A stretch of DNA of 64,000 nucleotides. Source: Camelus dromedarius. Taxonomy: Eukaryota. Made by a program: the position numbers and the translations under genes. This document shows, in pieces, positions 1-12,653 of this stretch. Under the pieces are notes generated by a model. The model had not been told where the DNA came from. It worked only from the letters and a program-made list of their open reading frames with translations, and ran no database searches. Within the stretch, counting starts at the first letter, position 1. Every line of letters starts with the position of its first letter. Where the stretch lies: contig NC_087437.1 of assembly GCF_036321535.1 (NCBI RefSeq), positions 84,136,001-84,200,000 of the forward strand, given 5' to 3'.

Positions 1-29
1 AGTTCAGCAGAGTCATCTATGGATTATTT

Positions 30-520
30 AAACTGCCTCCCATTTTGGCTTCCACTAGTAATCTGTTCTATATATACAACCAAAACTTCCTTTCTGAAAT
101 AAAGATATAAGTCACTTCCTTTCTCAAAAAGAAAAAAAAAAAAACACAAACAAAACAAAACAAAACAAAAAATCCTTTAAGCAACTATCCATTAAATACA
201 AAGTCAGTTTATTTTAAAGCCCTTTAATAATTGACTTTTTGTTCTGTCACATTTTACCATCTATCACTTAGCCTGTTTTCCAACTATATCAAACGTATTT
301 TTCATGCACACTGTGATGCAGATCAGAAATGAGGCTTATCTGTCAAGCATCAGCTCAATTATGACCTCCTTCAATCACTTTATTTTTCAATAAATCTTCC
401 ATCAAGAATTAGTTCTGTTTTCAGTGCTCCAAATAGCATTGTTCACAGTACCAGAGAGCATTTATCCAATTGTATTAGATCAGCTTTTATATAAGTATCT
501 TCCACCACACTTGTGAGGAT
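30..520 (+). mobile_element. Highly diverged L2 LINE fragment containing an A-rich (CAAAA)n tract at ~126-172
   Basis: L2-like phrases such as 'tttctgaaataaagatataagtcacttcctttctcaaaa' and 'atgacctccttc'; heavily decayed. Confidence 0.4.
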
Positions 521-1839
521 TTTGAGAGGAAAAAAATGCATCTTCTTCATCTTTAAATCCCCTATGCACACAAAAGGAGCTCCAAAATGGTTTTTGAATG
601 AATAAGTGGAATCATAGTTAAAAAAGATATTTTTTTCTTTCCACATGGTCTTAATCAATGAAGGAAATTATGATAAGCTCTAGAGTTATAAGAATATTAA
701 ACATATCTTAAATGGGAAGATGTAGGAGGCTAATGATTTTCATTTATTTATATTTACTGAGAGAAGAGAAAATTTTCAAAGTAAATGATACCAATCATCA
801 AAGTAAAATTCTGAAATTGTGCAATAATATATTATAATAATAATAAAAGAGCACTGATGGTGGTCTAAGCAGATACTCTTGTATGTGATAAGATTTTGTC
901 GTATAACAATGAGAAGAGACATTTAAAATTAATCCAGTAGCTATAATGTATAACTCAGTTGAATTTGCTGGTGAAATTAGAAATCTTTAAAAATAAGAAA
1001 TAGCCCATACTGATTTATAAAATAGTCACTTGTCATTACTTAAAGATCTGTGTCAAAATTTTCAGATTACTTTTCATATGAGCTAAATTTAATCATTATA
1101 AAAAGTGATTGGTGTGGCAAGCTCTCCTAAGTGTGGTTCAGGGTTACAAAATGTCTGGTTGTTCATCAAGGAACTCCTCTGTGGTAACATTGCTTTTGCT
1201 ACATCCAATTTTTACTTTTTTATTTGGAATGAATAGCACAGTAGCAGCAGATGTTACATTAGAGGTAGTATCACCTCCTCATGGTGATCAGGAACTGGCC
1301 ATATGTCCCAAGATACCCCAAGCAAAACAAGTAATATTTCTGCAGTATTCCAGAACAGAGAATGCTTAGACTGAATCTATAAATGAAATATAAAGTGATT
1401 AAATCTCTCATCATATCTCCTATGACTCTAGATATGCATAAAATATTATTTGTTTTATTTTTCTTTGTAGGTGAACTATGAAGAAATAGTCTATGGGGCA
1501 TTTTTTCCACTAGATATTTTTGTAAAAAAAAATTTTACTATGCCTATGACAGTAAGAATACAATCGGAACAGACTCTACCTTTACAGTACTCAGACCCTG
1601 TAGTTATGAATCTAACTCATACACATTAGAAAAAATAACAATAAAATATAAAATACAATAAATGTCACAACAGAAATACAGATGAAATGCTATGGGGATT
1701 AAGGGAGGGCAGAGGATATAGGAAGAGGGAGTGGGGGAGACAGAGAAAGAATGAATATGAATGAATAAATGTGAGAGAGACACTGACAGGTATTACTTCT
1801 GGGTGGAAAAAAGGAAAAAGAGCTAGGGAAGATATTTTT

Positions 1840-2247
1840 TGTAGGTACTACACATGCCACCCAGATCCTCTTCCATGGAGGCCTTCATTGTATCAGCTGC
1901 AAGGAGTGTTGGCCGCTGATGGAACACAGCTGAGTACCTCGTTGGCCCTGGCCCTCCACCAAAGGGGATGCAGCCCACACAAGATATCTTGCTGATGAAG
2001 GGGACCAGGCGATGCCCTAGCCTCAATTATAGACATCTCTGAAATAGGTAACTTAGCTTCAGAGCAACCAACCTGTGAGGCTGAGTGATGCCTCTTTTGC
2101 AACTACAAGTCAAGTGAACTTCTCCCTCTGTCCACCACATTTCCTTCATTCCCTCACAGGTACTGTTCCCTAGTGGACTCCCCAGGAAATTTCCTGAATG
2201 CAAATGCTGCTTCAGGGTCTGTTTCTAAGGGAATCTGACCTGAGACA
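1840..2247 (+). mobile_element. ERVL solo LTR, LTR16 family
   Basis: TG...CA termini; 3' end 'ttcctgaatgcaaatgctgcttcagggtctgtttctaagggaatctgacctgagaca' resembles the LTR16 terminus; GC-richer island of ~410 bp. Confidence 0.75.
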
Positions 2248-4554
2248 GGACAAATAAAAATCCAAACAATAGTTATACATGTAATTTTCAGAGTATAATA
2301 ACTTAGAAATATATCTATTCTGGACAGTTGGAGACTCCAACTGAGAGCTGTTTTTGGAATGAATAACTAAAAGCAAGTCAAGTATATTATAATTACAACT
2401 ATAAGAACAATAAGCTAGAAAAATCAGGGTGTTGGAATTCAGAGGTTCACTAGCATGACTGAGTAGAGAGAAAAATGATTCTCACATGAATCATTAAGGA
2501 AACACAGAGGCTGTCCTGTAAGTCACTGGTAACTATAATTGGGGACAGACAATGGGATTAACTCTACAGTGCAAACTTCAAGAGGAGGAAAAAACTGAAA
2601 GGGGTCTACATAAAGAAGGCTATATAAAAGAGACATAAATTCATATCTGAATCCTCTGAACAAATACCTATGAAATATTGTTTGGGCAAAAAAAATGTTA
2701 CAAAATGTATATTAAAGCATCCGAGGAATCTAGAGAAACTCCCCCATGGCATACTGTTTCAGCCAGAAAGTTAATTACACTGATTGAACTTCACATACAA
2801 AGTTAACTTCTTCATGCACTCAGGGGACAATACAAATTATTATTACCTTTGGACATAAGATTTTCAAATCCTAAATAAACTCTAGAGAAACAGCACTTAG
2901 CTTTTCTCCCCCTTTCTAATGTCCCCAAATGTGATTTGTGTCCCAATGTGATTAGTCTGATAGGCCTATATATTGTGGAAAAGATCACCAAGATAACAGA
3001 CTTATTTCTGTAATACTCTTTTAATTGCAAACAACATCATTCAAGTCCAAAGTGGAATTAAATTTACCCAGAGTATCAAAGAAATCATGAATATTGTGCT
3101 ATTTTAGTAAGTGACAGTTTTCACATAAGTTATTATCCCAGAGTAACCTTTTGGAAGTTTCAAAATAAAGACATGCTAGCACATAAAATGCCAAAAAATC
3201 ACTTACACACAAGCAAACTTGTGTGAGAGTAGGAAAAGACAGAAATTAAAATTTCTTCTTTGTTTACTATTCATACAAATCATTAAATGAATACCGTATC
3301 TTTAGAAACCACATATTATAAAATGAAATATTGGTGAGGGATTTCTAAGTTTCAGGCAGTAACACTAAAACATGATCTGGAAATACAGTTAAGGCATTCT
3401 TCTGCTTTCTTGGAGATGAACAAATTTATTACAATTAATGATTAAAATACAAAATTGAAAGATGTCAGTAAGTAATAAATAAATGGCATTTCTTATCTCA
3501 CTTTGAAACTGAGTTAAAATAGAGCACATTTAAAATCCTGAGCCTGGGGCTCTAACCTTTCCTCAATCAAGGTGACCATGAGAACTTCCTTAAGTGGCAG
3601 TCTACTCAGAGCTTCAATTCGCTTGCTTGCCAATCAGACGGATAGGGAAGAGCAAGGTCTCACTTACAATTCTAAGCACTGAGCAACTCTGACCTTCAGG
3701 ATAACATTTACACAAATACGTAGCTTTACTAAGAAATCAGTGCATGTTGCTTGAATAGAGGGAAGTAACACAAATAAAAAAAAAAAATCCAGAGGATCTT
3801 GGGAAAGTTGTAAATTGAGAGAAAGTATGTTACAATAATATAAATAAGGCCTTCCAGTTTGCATCTAACCAGAAAAGCAATTACATTTTTGTTTCCAGGG
3901 AAAAATATAATTTTGACGATTCATTTAAATGATGGTGACCTGCCCACCCAGAAGCTGTTTATCCTTCCTTCCAATTTATCTGTAGATGAAAATATGCACT
4001 ACATATTGCCACACAGCTGTCATTCTCTACTTGGCAGGAAAATTGAAGCTATGATAGCACATATTGCTTATTATGTTAAAAGCTGAAAACAAGTACTTAA
4101 CTAGGTACATGTCACATACAATTTTAAAAAATTCACTCACAACAAATGAACACCACAATAATAGATCTTAAAAACTCAATTTCAAAGGATATATCTTATG
4201 ACATACAAAGAATAAATTCATGAATAAAAATTAAATTTCACGTGAAAATTCTACATTTGTAAACAGATTATTATTGCTGCTGAACAAAGTCTGTTCATGA
4301 GGAAAACTTCTAGGTATATAACTCAGAGTCTTTATTTCCCAGCTGAGTTTGGGGGATTCACTAAGAGTTGTAGAAGCTCACTAGGTGGTATCATTTCCAT
4401 TCCCCATACCTTTTTCTAAAGATCTCCAATAATAGAATTTATAGGAAAAATACTGCCCTCTCACTAGCATACAAATCACTGTTTAAATATAAATATACAT
4501 AACAATCAAATACTTTGCTGTGCTTCTTGCAAATTATGACTTTAGTCTAATCTT

Positions 4555-4830
4555 AGCAAGATTCTGGGCAAGTCATATCATCTCTGAATTCCAGTTTCCT
4601 CTTCTGTAAAATAAAGGGCTTACATCGATAATCTAACATTCCCGGGTTTCTAAGTCAAATAAACAACAATTATAACAATAAATGAAGTATGGGACAATGT
4701 GGTTTAACATGGAAAGTAATTTTTGAAAAGACAGTGAATCAGAGGCAACAATCAAATGGAGTTAAGTTTCATTTCTGACTGCCATTTAGCTGTGTAACTG
4801 TGGGAAGTTATCTGAATTTTCTCTGAAGAG
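4555..4830 (+). mobile_element. Two MIR/MIR3 SINE fragments
   Basis: Core 'tgggcaagtcatatcatctctgaattccagtttcctcttctgtaaaat' at ~4565-4612; second fragment 'ctgccatttagctgtgtaactgtgggaagtta' at ~4780-4810. Confidence 0.6.
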
Positions 4831-5229
4831 TTGTGTAAGTGGCAAATTACCATCATGGAGGTACTGCCATGACTATGTCTAAGTAATCTGTGCTCATCAT
4901 CCACCCCCATTTGCAAATATTTTAGTTACTTTCATCTCTATGCATAAAGATAATTTCAGCTTTTTCACTGGATAGTATTAACTTAAAATGCAGTGTACAT
5001 GTAAAGTATTCCATATACATAAAGATTAAAATAAAAATTTAGCTTCCTCTTTCATTACTCCAAGTAAGAAATATAGTACAGAATGTTTCAATGTTCCTTA
5101 ATATCTCCTAGAATTTCATTTTATGTTGATCTAAAATATGTTTCTTGACATAATGCCTTCCCTACACTCCAGCCCTTAGAGAGTGCCAATGATGACTGTG
5201 GTTGAAACTGTTAGGTTAGTATATGATTA

Positions 5230-5413
5230 CTTTTGTATTTATCACGACTATCATTAATGATTTGAATAATTACTACTTTTTGTCTGTCCTCCACTAGCCC
5301 ACATAAGTGCCATAAGGTCAGGAGCCTTTGCCCATCCAGTTTACTGCTGTCAGCACATCACAATGCCTTGTTCTTGCTCAATAAAGATTCTGCAGTTAAC
5401 GAGTAAATGAATG
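5230..5413 (+). mobile_element. L2 3' end
   Basis: 'tgtctgtcctccactag...gctcaataaagattctgcagttaacgagtaaatgaatg' resembles the L2 3' terminus. Confidence 0.65.
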
Positions 5414-7299
5414 CTATATATCTTCAGATCCTCATCCCCAAGGTCTCTGCTTCTCACAGTTTTGCTCCTTGCTTCCACTTTCAAGTATAAAACAACAACA
5501 ACAACAAAACTGTGCTTTATAAAAGCTGAAAAAGTAGCTCTTAGTATCATGTTTTCACTACAAGTAATGGAAATATTGACAGCAATTTTTCCAAGTCTCT
5601 TTAAAATTTAACTTGAAAGTGTTCATGAAGCTGTATATTTGAGGCCCTAACACTGCTCTCCTTTCCCTGGGAGAGCAGAAGTTGTATTCTGTTAAGCTCT
5701 ACTTGGCTGAACTAGGCCCATGGGAGACAGTTTTGTTTTATCCCAAAACTAACTTTATAAATCTATTCCAGATTCTATCCTAAGCCAAAGTGGCCTTCAC
5801 CCTAAATTTGAGCCATGTATGTCTTCAAAGGAGCTAGACTGCAAAAGATCTGTTTACATGTTTGATCTGCCAGGTTTCCCTGGGGTTAAAAAAAAGAACT
5901 CACCCAAAGAAAAGTGAATATTGTGTAATTTTGGTTGAGGGCAGAGGCTTAGAGTTGCTCACTCAGTCAACAGATATTTGTGATCTAAAATACATCATAG
6001 GTCTTGTTCTCAATCATCTTATACTCTAATAGGAAAAGCTGACAATAAATCAATAGTTACTTCTTTGTAACTATTGTACCAATTGCAACAGGACAAAGAA
6101 GTAGTTATAGTTACGACCTATCATCTTTCACTCTGGTTGCCCTATGCTTAGTCCCAGGAATGTCTTAATTGCCACTGGAATTTCTCCTACACTGTGTCCA
6201 CCAGAGCCTTAGACATCAACATTGGAAGCCAGAGCAAGAAAGAAGAACACTGACTACAATACTGCAGACATGAAAAAGAGTTCTCACAGCACAATCATGT
6301 TAACCCTTGGAAATTTCCAGAAATAACTAGGCGTACTTGGAGAAGTCGAAGTCCCAAAGAGGGTGAGAACAGCACCAGAAACTAATTAGTTTGTTAATGT
6401 TTACCTTTTCCATCCTTCTTGGTAAAGCTTGGGGAATGCAGATTGTAGAACAAAACTACTCAAAAATGGGATAGGCTATCTTCTAACATGGTAAATTCTC
6501 TGCCTGTATCCTCTCAAATGGTGAGTTTTGCCAGAGGCATATGGGTGGAGGACAGGCTTACTGAAATGTAATCCCTTTAGTTCTTAGATCTCATGAGTCT
6601 GTGAGGTCATATAATGTTGCATTATACGTATATTTTGAGCCACTCAGTACGTTCTTTTCCTATGTATTTTCTGTCTTTCTTGGCAATGTAGTCATATTTT
6701 GAAGAAATAGGCATATAGGGTCTATAAATACAATAAAGGTTGTACTATTTCCTGAAGCCCCTTCAGTGTCATTTCCTGTCCAATCCTATACAAGACTTAG
6801 AATGAAAAAAATCTGCAAATATCAATGGTTCATGCTGACTAAGCTATTTTGGCATCCATTGATTGATTTTAAATGGGAACATTTGCTATCCAGTTGGTTT
6901 TAACTATTGATAATAACCAGCATATTGTTTTCATGTGTTCCTTTTCCTACTGTGCTCTCCACTGACTTTCCACTAACATTTCTTTCCTACTACTTCCTGT
7001 GGTGGGTAACACCATGGCAGCTTTTACCTAGTATGCAATTTACTAAGGTCTGCACTGCATGATATGGGAAGTACCAGTCAGAATTATAAAGGTTTCAGAG
7101 ACAAGAAAAGGTATCCTGCTATGTTTTGAATGAGGCCAAACTTAGTGAGGGAAACTTAGGTCTCTTATGTACAATTATAGTTCTGGCACTTAGAAAAGTA
7201 TCATGTGGTTCTATTTGAAAACGCTAGAATATAAGCTTTAAAATAAAAATGTTTAAAATATACAACACATAATTTCACTTTAAAAGAAATGACCCGCTA

Positions 7300-7680
7300 G
7301 CAACTAAAGTGAGATCCCTAGACTGAAAGACTTACAATCTGTTTAAGGAAACAAAATAGACAAAAACAATGAGGATACCAAAAGATAACAATCATTAAAT
7401 GATAAATAAGGAAGTATATTCTTTAGTTACTCTCTAGAGATTCAGCCTTCATAATCTGTCAGAACTGAGGAAATCCTCATGGAAGACAAGGGGCATGAAA
7501 TGAACTCTGAATAAGAATGGAGATATGCATTCCAGAGCATAAACAGCATGATCAAAAGCATGCAATAAGGGTTGGAACAATCTGTATCAGGAACAGGCAT
7601 GAGATTCAGCCAATTACAAAGAATTATCCTTATGGGAGCTGGAGAGAGAAAATAGGCTAAGCTTATGAAAGACCTTTTAG
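7300..7680 (-). mobile_element. Diverged L2 fragment
   Basis: Purine-rich L2 antisense phrases 'gcattccagagcataaacagcatgatcaaaagcatg'. Confidence 0.45.
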
Positions 7681-8019
7681 TTAAAGTAGAGAAGTAGACT
7701 TGATTCAGTAGGCAATAATAAAACAACACACAGTCCTGAACAAAGGAATCCAATGAGGAAAGTGGTATATGACAAACATAAACACAGTGTCATCCAAGAT
7801 GACTTGGTTGTGCAAGGGAACAGGAATGGAAGCAGGGACCTCAGCTTGAAAAATAGTTTGAGAAGCCCAGATGAAGCTGCGCAAGCAGCTCTGTTCATTA
7901 CTATTTACTTCTTAGATCGTCAGGCAGATTGCACTGCAATCCCACAAAGCTATTCTTTTTTATGGCCTTAACTTCAATTCCCTCACCAGTGCTCAATACC
8001 TGGAAAAATTCTTCTAATA

Positions 8020-8281
8020 TTTTCAGGAAAGTTAAAATGTTACCTCCTTTTATGAAGCCTTCCCCCAGGTTCCCCAGGAAGTTTTTCTAACTCTCTAGTT
8101 CCAAGTATTGTGTATGTTCCTTTATTATATAACTTATAGTGTAGCTTTATGTTTTTCTACCTATTTTGGCAGTTAGTCCTTTCAAGCCAGTGACTATGTC
8201 TCAGTTACTGTGTATTCTAAGTGATTAACACAGTACTTAGAACAGAAGTCTTAGAAGTCCTAAAGTACTATTTGAATGAAC
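8020..8281 (+). mobile_element. L2 3' end
   Basis: 'aaatgttacctccttttatgaagccttcccc' through 'aacacagtacttagaacag...tatttgaatgaa'. Confidence 0.6.
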
Positions 8282-8321
8282 TAAAGACTTTATCCTGTAA
8301 ACAATGTGGAAGTTATACATT

Positions 8322-9520
8322 CATTTATTGAGATATAATTTACATACCATAAAGTTCACCCAAATTAACTGTGTAGTTCAGTATTAGTTTTTAGTATATT
8401 TACAAAGTTGTGGAACAATCACCACAATCCAATTTACAACATCATCATCATCCAAAAGAAATCTCATATGCATTAACAATCTCTCCCTATTCCCCTCTCA
8501 CTCCAGCCCTAAAAAACCCCTAATTTACTTTCTGTGTCTACAGATTTGACTATTCTGGACATTTAATATAAATGGGATTGAACAACAAATGGTCTTTTAT
8601 GACCATTTCTTTCAGTAAGCATATTAACTTGGAGGTTCATCCATGTTTTTGCATATTATCAGTTCTTCATTCCTTTTTTACTGGATAATATGCCATATTA
8701 TGGACATACCACACTGTTTTTCAATTCATCAGCTGACTTGCATTTCAGTTGTTTCCACTTTTTGGCTTATTTCAAAATATACTGCCAAATGACCCTCATT
8801 AAAGCTATATCACACTTTATAACTCCACTAACAGTGTGGGATGGTACCAGTTTCTCTGCATTCTTACAAACCCAGTGTGCTAACAAACATTTTGTTTTCT
8901 GCCAAAATAACAGGTGAAAAATATATTTGAATATATAATTTATGCATATATTTACCTGATTGTGAACAATTTTGAGTGCTGCTTTCTGTCTTTAATAGTC
9001 GATTGTATTTCATTTCCCATGAGTTATCTCTTCATATTTTCTGCCTATTTTTCTATTGGATTTCTAATGGCTTCCTTATTGATTTTAGAAACTGCATATT
9101 TGGGAAATTGGTCTTTGGTTTGTGAAATAAGCTTCAGATATTTTCCCAGTTTTTTGCTCGCTTTTGCTTATAGTGGTTTTAGACAAATTTTTTTTTAAAT
9201 TTGCATGTCATCAAATTTATCTTCTATTTTATAGCCTCTGGTTATTATTTCAATGTCAGAAAGTTTTCCATAATCTGAGACTACTGAAAAAAATTTTCCT
9301 TTGATTTCCTCTATTTCTTTATGATTTAATTTTTTATATTTATTTTTATTTTAGTATTTATTCCACCTGGAATTTTCTCTAATGTAAAGTGTGATATGCA
9401 AATAGAACTATATTTTTAGGTGTCTACCTAGTAGTCTCTAAGCATTCACTGAAAAATGCACCTTTTCCTTACCTTACGAAATGCTTCCCTTTCCATATAA
9501 CACATTCATGTGCATGTGTA
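8322..9520 (-). mobile_element. Old L1 fragments: L1MB-like 3' end (~8322-8770) followed by an L1ME-like piece
   Basis: 'tttattgagatataatttacataccataaagttcaccc...tattctggacattt' is the typical antisense L1MB 3' end; the downstream T-rich sequence resembles decayed antisense ORF2. Confidence 0.75.
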
Positions 9521-9524
9521 AAGG

Positions 9525-9674
9525 TTTTATTTTGTTTGTTTGTTTTTGTTTTGCTTTTTTTCGAGGGGGGGTAATTAGGCTTATTTATTTATTTTTAATA
9601 GAGGTACTGGGGATTGAACCCAGACCTCATGCATGCTAGGCATGCACTCTGCCACTGAACTATATCCTTTCACC
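9525..9674 (-). mobile_element. tRNA-derived SINE, camelid vic-1-like
   Basis: Minus strand: GGATATAGTTCAGTGGCAGAGTGCATGCCTAGCATGCATGAGGTCTGGGTTCAATCCCCAGTACC, with Pol III A box (TAGTTCAGTGG) and B box (GGTTCAATCC), then AAATAAATAAGCCTAATTACCCCCC and an A-rich tail. Confidence 0.85.
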
Positions 9675-10059
9675 ACAGCATCCGTAGTTTTAAGTAGAAA
9701 ACTAATGTATTGTTTTAGCAAAATTAATATGCTGACAGACTGCAAAAGAGATAAAAGATAGGCAAACATGTGCAGTAACCTGGATATTTTACTTAGAAGA
9801 AGGTTTTTTTGAAGTAGCAGTTATATTTTGAAGCTGATAAAATTGTAGAATAAGGATAGAGAATTACAAGTAATGTCTAAAATATATAAATACTTCAATT
9901 GAAACAGAAAAGTAGAAAAAAAAAGTAATACTTGGCATATATCATTGAGCATGTTAAGAATAACAACTCAAAATTTCATGAAAATATTTGGAACATGTGC
10001 CTTTGGTTATATCATTTATCTCCCCTGGTTCCTTCTTACTACCTCCATTGTCTCCCATA

Positions 10060-10265
10060 GCACAGTGAACAATGTGCTATATCTAGAATAGGTCGGGCTT
10101 GGGGGCAAACCTCAAGCTTATTACTTAAAAGTTATGTGATATGAGCAAGTTAACTAGCCTCTTTGACTTTGTTTCCCATCACTAAAATCAGTTATGGGCA
10201 TTAAATAATATTTATAACTGGGTCCTGGATTACTCTGGAACCTGGGAAGCATTTAAATGATTGTT
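10060..10265 (+). mobile_element. MIR SINE (diverged)
   Basis: 'ttacttaaaagttatgtgatatgagcaagttaactagcctctttgactttgtttcccatc' resembles the MIR core. Confidence 0.5.
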
Positions 10266-10412
10266 GTCATTTTTATTTATCTTTGTTATTTTCTGGGCAA
10301 ATCAGAAAGAAATCTATTATGTCCAATAAAAAACTGATCTCTTCACTATCTTTTGTATTCATCAAAACTGCTTAGAAAATTTTAAGCCCCACTGTGCTAC
10401 TGACTATATATA

Positions 10413-10427
10413 CTATCTATCCATCTT

Positions 10428-10480
<53 letters not shown>

Positions 10481-10508
10481 GTATCTATCTATCTATCTAT
10501 CTATCTAC
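10413..10508. repeat. (TATC)n/(GATA)n tetranucleotide microsatellite
   Basis: About 95 bp of near-perfect TATC units with a few variant units. Confidence 0.97.
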
Positions 10509-10829
10509 TTGGATCACTAGATGACTGTTTGCATCTAATTATTAGCTTTTTGTTTTGCCAGCTCTTCCTATACTCATAGTACAGTTGTTTTGTCCAATAT
10601 GATCGTGTCACCATAAACTATGCCATACTATAGTGAATTTTAGCTTGCCACCTACAAATATATGCATATACACCGTGGGAGACCCTTTTGTTCTTAATTT
10701 TCTCTAACTTTCAATATGTTCCTAATCTCAGACATATTAGGCCAACATCTGCAAAAAAGAACCCCCAAATTTCATTAAGTATAGGTTTATTAACTCACTT
10801 ATTTTATTATTGCCCACTTTATAGTTCAA

Positions 10830-11151
10830 TACAGTTAGTAAAGGGACTCAGCTCCATATAGCACTCCATCTTATGCTTCTCCATACCCTAGAGGTCTTGG
10901 AGTTTTCCACTGGATTGCCATCATTAGGGAGTGAGAAGAAAGATGGGAGAGGGCTTGGCAGATATGGAAGGACATTTAATGGGTCAGGCCTGGAAGTGCA
11001 TTTATCATTTTAAACTACATTCTTAGTGGCCAGAACTAAGTCATATTGACCCTACCCAGCTACAAGGTATGCTGGAAAATTTCATCCAACTGGGTGACAA
11101 AGAATTAAAGAAAGAGAGCTTTGATGAGCACATACTATTGTTTCTGACATA
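10830..11151 (-). mobile_element. MaLR LTR fragment, MLT1K/L-like
   Basis: 'caggcctggaagtgc...ggccagaactaagtcatattgaccctacccagctacaagg' resembles antisense MLT1K. Confidence 0.6.
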
Positions 11152-12419
11152 ATGCACTATATAATTAGTAAGAGATACTCATTAAGAAATAGCTAATACT
11201 TTAAGAAATCAATAATTTGACAGAAAAAAATTGTGAATATATTTGTGATACCAAAACCCAAATTATATGCAATGTTAAATAGGTTTCTGACAAAAATCTA
11301 TTCTTAGTTTTAAAGACAAACAAGTGTTTATGATTTTAAATGATCAGAAAAGCATCTTCTAGTTAGAAATCAGAAAGTTGACAGGAAAGAATATTTAAAT
11401 TTTATGGTTGGCAAAGCATGATGGGAAAGTTGTGGATCAGTATGCTGAAAATAGATACCCAAACTATGATTAACAGTAAGAAATCTTAAACTAAATTAAT
11501 GACTATACATGTTGACTTTCAGCTTCAGTTCACTGGAATAATTACTTTACATTAACATATCAACAAGCCAGCAATCAACAATCTAAAGTCTCAGGTCACT
11601 GACTACTTCTACAAATATTTTTATTTTTAATCTATTATTATACAGCCTTCTGCAAAATTTCTGTCCATATTGTTACATACTTAATTGCACAGAATCTCAT
11701 AACTTCTCACTGAAAGTATTTCCTTAATGTTAATTTTATCATTATGTTAATGAGAATATAATAGACCTGCACTCTGATACTAATGCTGACAGCAGAAGCC
11801 ACCAATTTGTTAGCAATCATCAAACAGCAGCTAACATATTCACCAATGATGGACAGAACGGCATGACAATTATATCTCTATTCTCTTGATAGATAAAGTA
11901 GGTTGCACAGTTATAAATTATGATGTAGCCCCCAAGGTGTTCCAGATACCCTCTTTCTTTTGTAGATTTATAAAAAAAAAAAATCTTTTCCCACTCTACT
12001 GACTTCTTTATTATAAGCATCCTAGAAACAATGTTAGAGATGCAACTATTTTTTCATCATAACTTAGGCAAAGATATTTCACATAGTAGACTATAACCAC
12101 ATGTCATAAACTGATTCAGATTTAAAATCTACTCAGATCCCTTTGTTTTATCTTTCCATACTTCGCTTGGAATTGTTTTTGTTTTTGTTTTTTTCTCTCT
12201 CATAAATTGTGATGCCCACTTACTACATTACTTTAAGAGAGATAATATAAAAAAGCAAGAAGATTAAAGTAATCCTACAAAGTCAAAAGTTAGGTCAACA
12301 ATTTAAGTTTGTTACTCCCAGCAGTCCTAGAAATTGAATAATATCTAAATAAATTGAAGTATTAAATACAAAAAAGAAAGTGAATTGTTTAGATATTTTA
12401 GAGTTCTGGAATAAGGCCT

Positions 12420-12653
12420 GAGTAGAACATGTATGTACCCAGGAATCAGACTTGATTCAATCCTTGGCTCTGCCACTTAGGAGCTATGTGACCTTCATCT
12501 CCCTATGTTGCAGGGGCCGTATCCACAAAAGGAGGACAGTAAGGATGTCATCTTAAAAGGTTTGTGAAAGAAGTTTGTTAGTTTCTACATATGAAGAACT
12601 TAGAAAATTGCTGAATATATCATAAATAATATATATGAGTGTTATTACTGTTG
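12420..12653 (+). mobile_element. MIR SINE
   Basis: 'ggaatcagacttgattcaatccttggctctgccacttaggagctatgtgacctt'. Confidence 0.7.

Noticed and set aside
9601..9670. Possible tRNA gene (A and B boxes, cloverleaf-like)
   Set aside because: It is followed by a SINE body and A tail, has degenerate stems, and has a second diverged copy at 39210-39284, so it is a SINE head.
10394..10579. ORF with repeating IYLS peptide
   Set aside because: It is the translation of the (TATC)n microsatellite.
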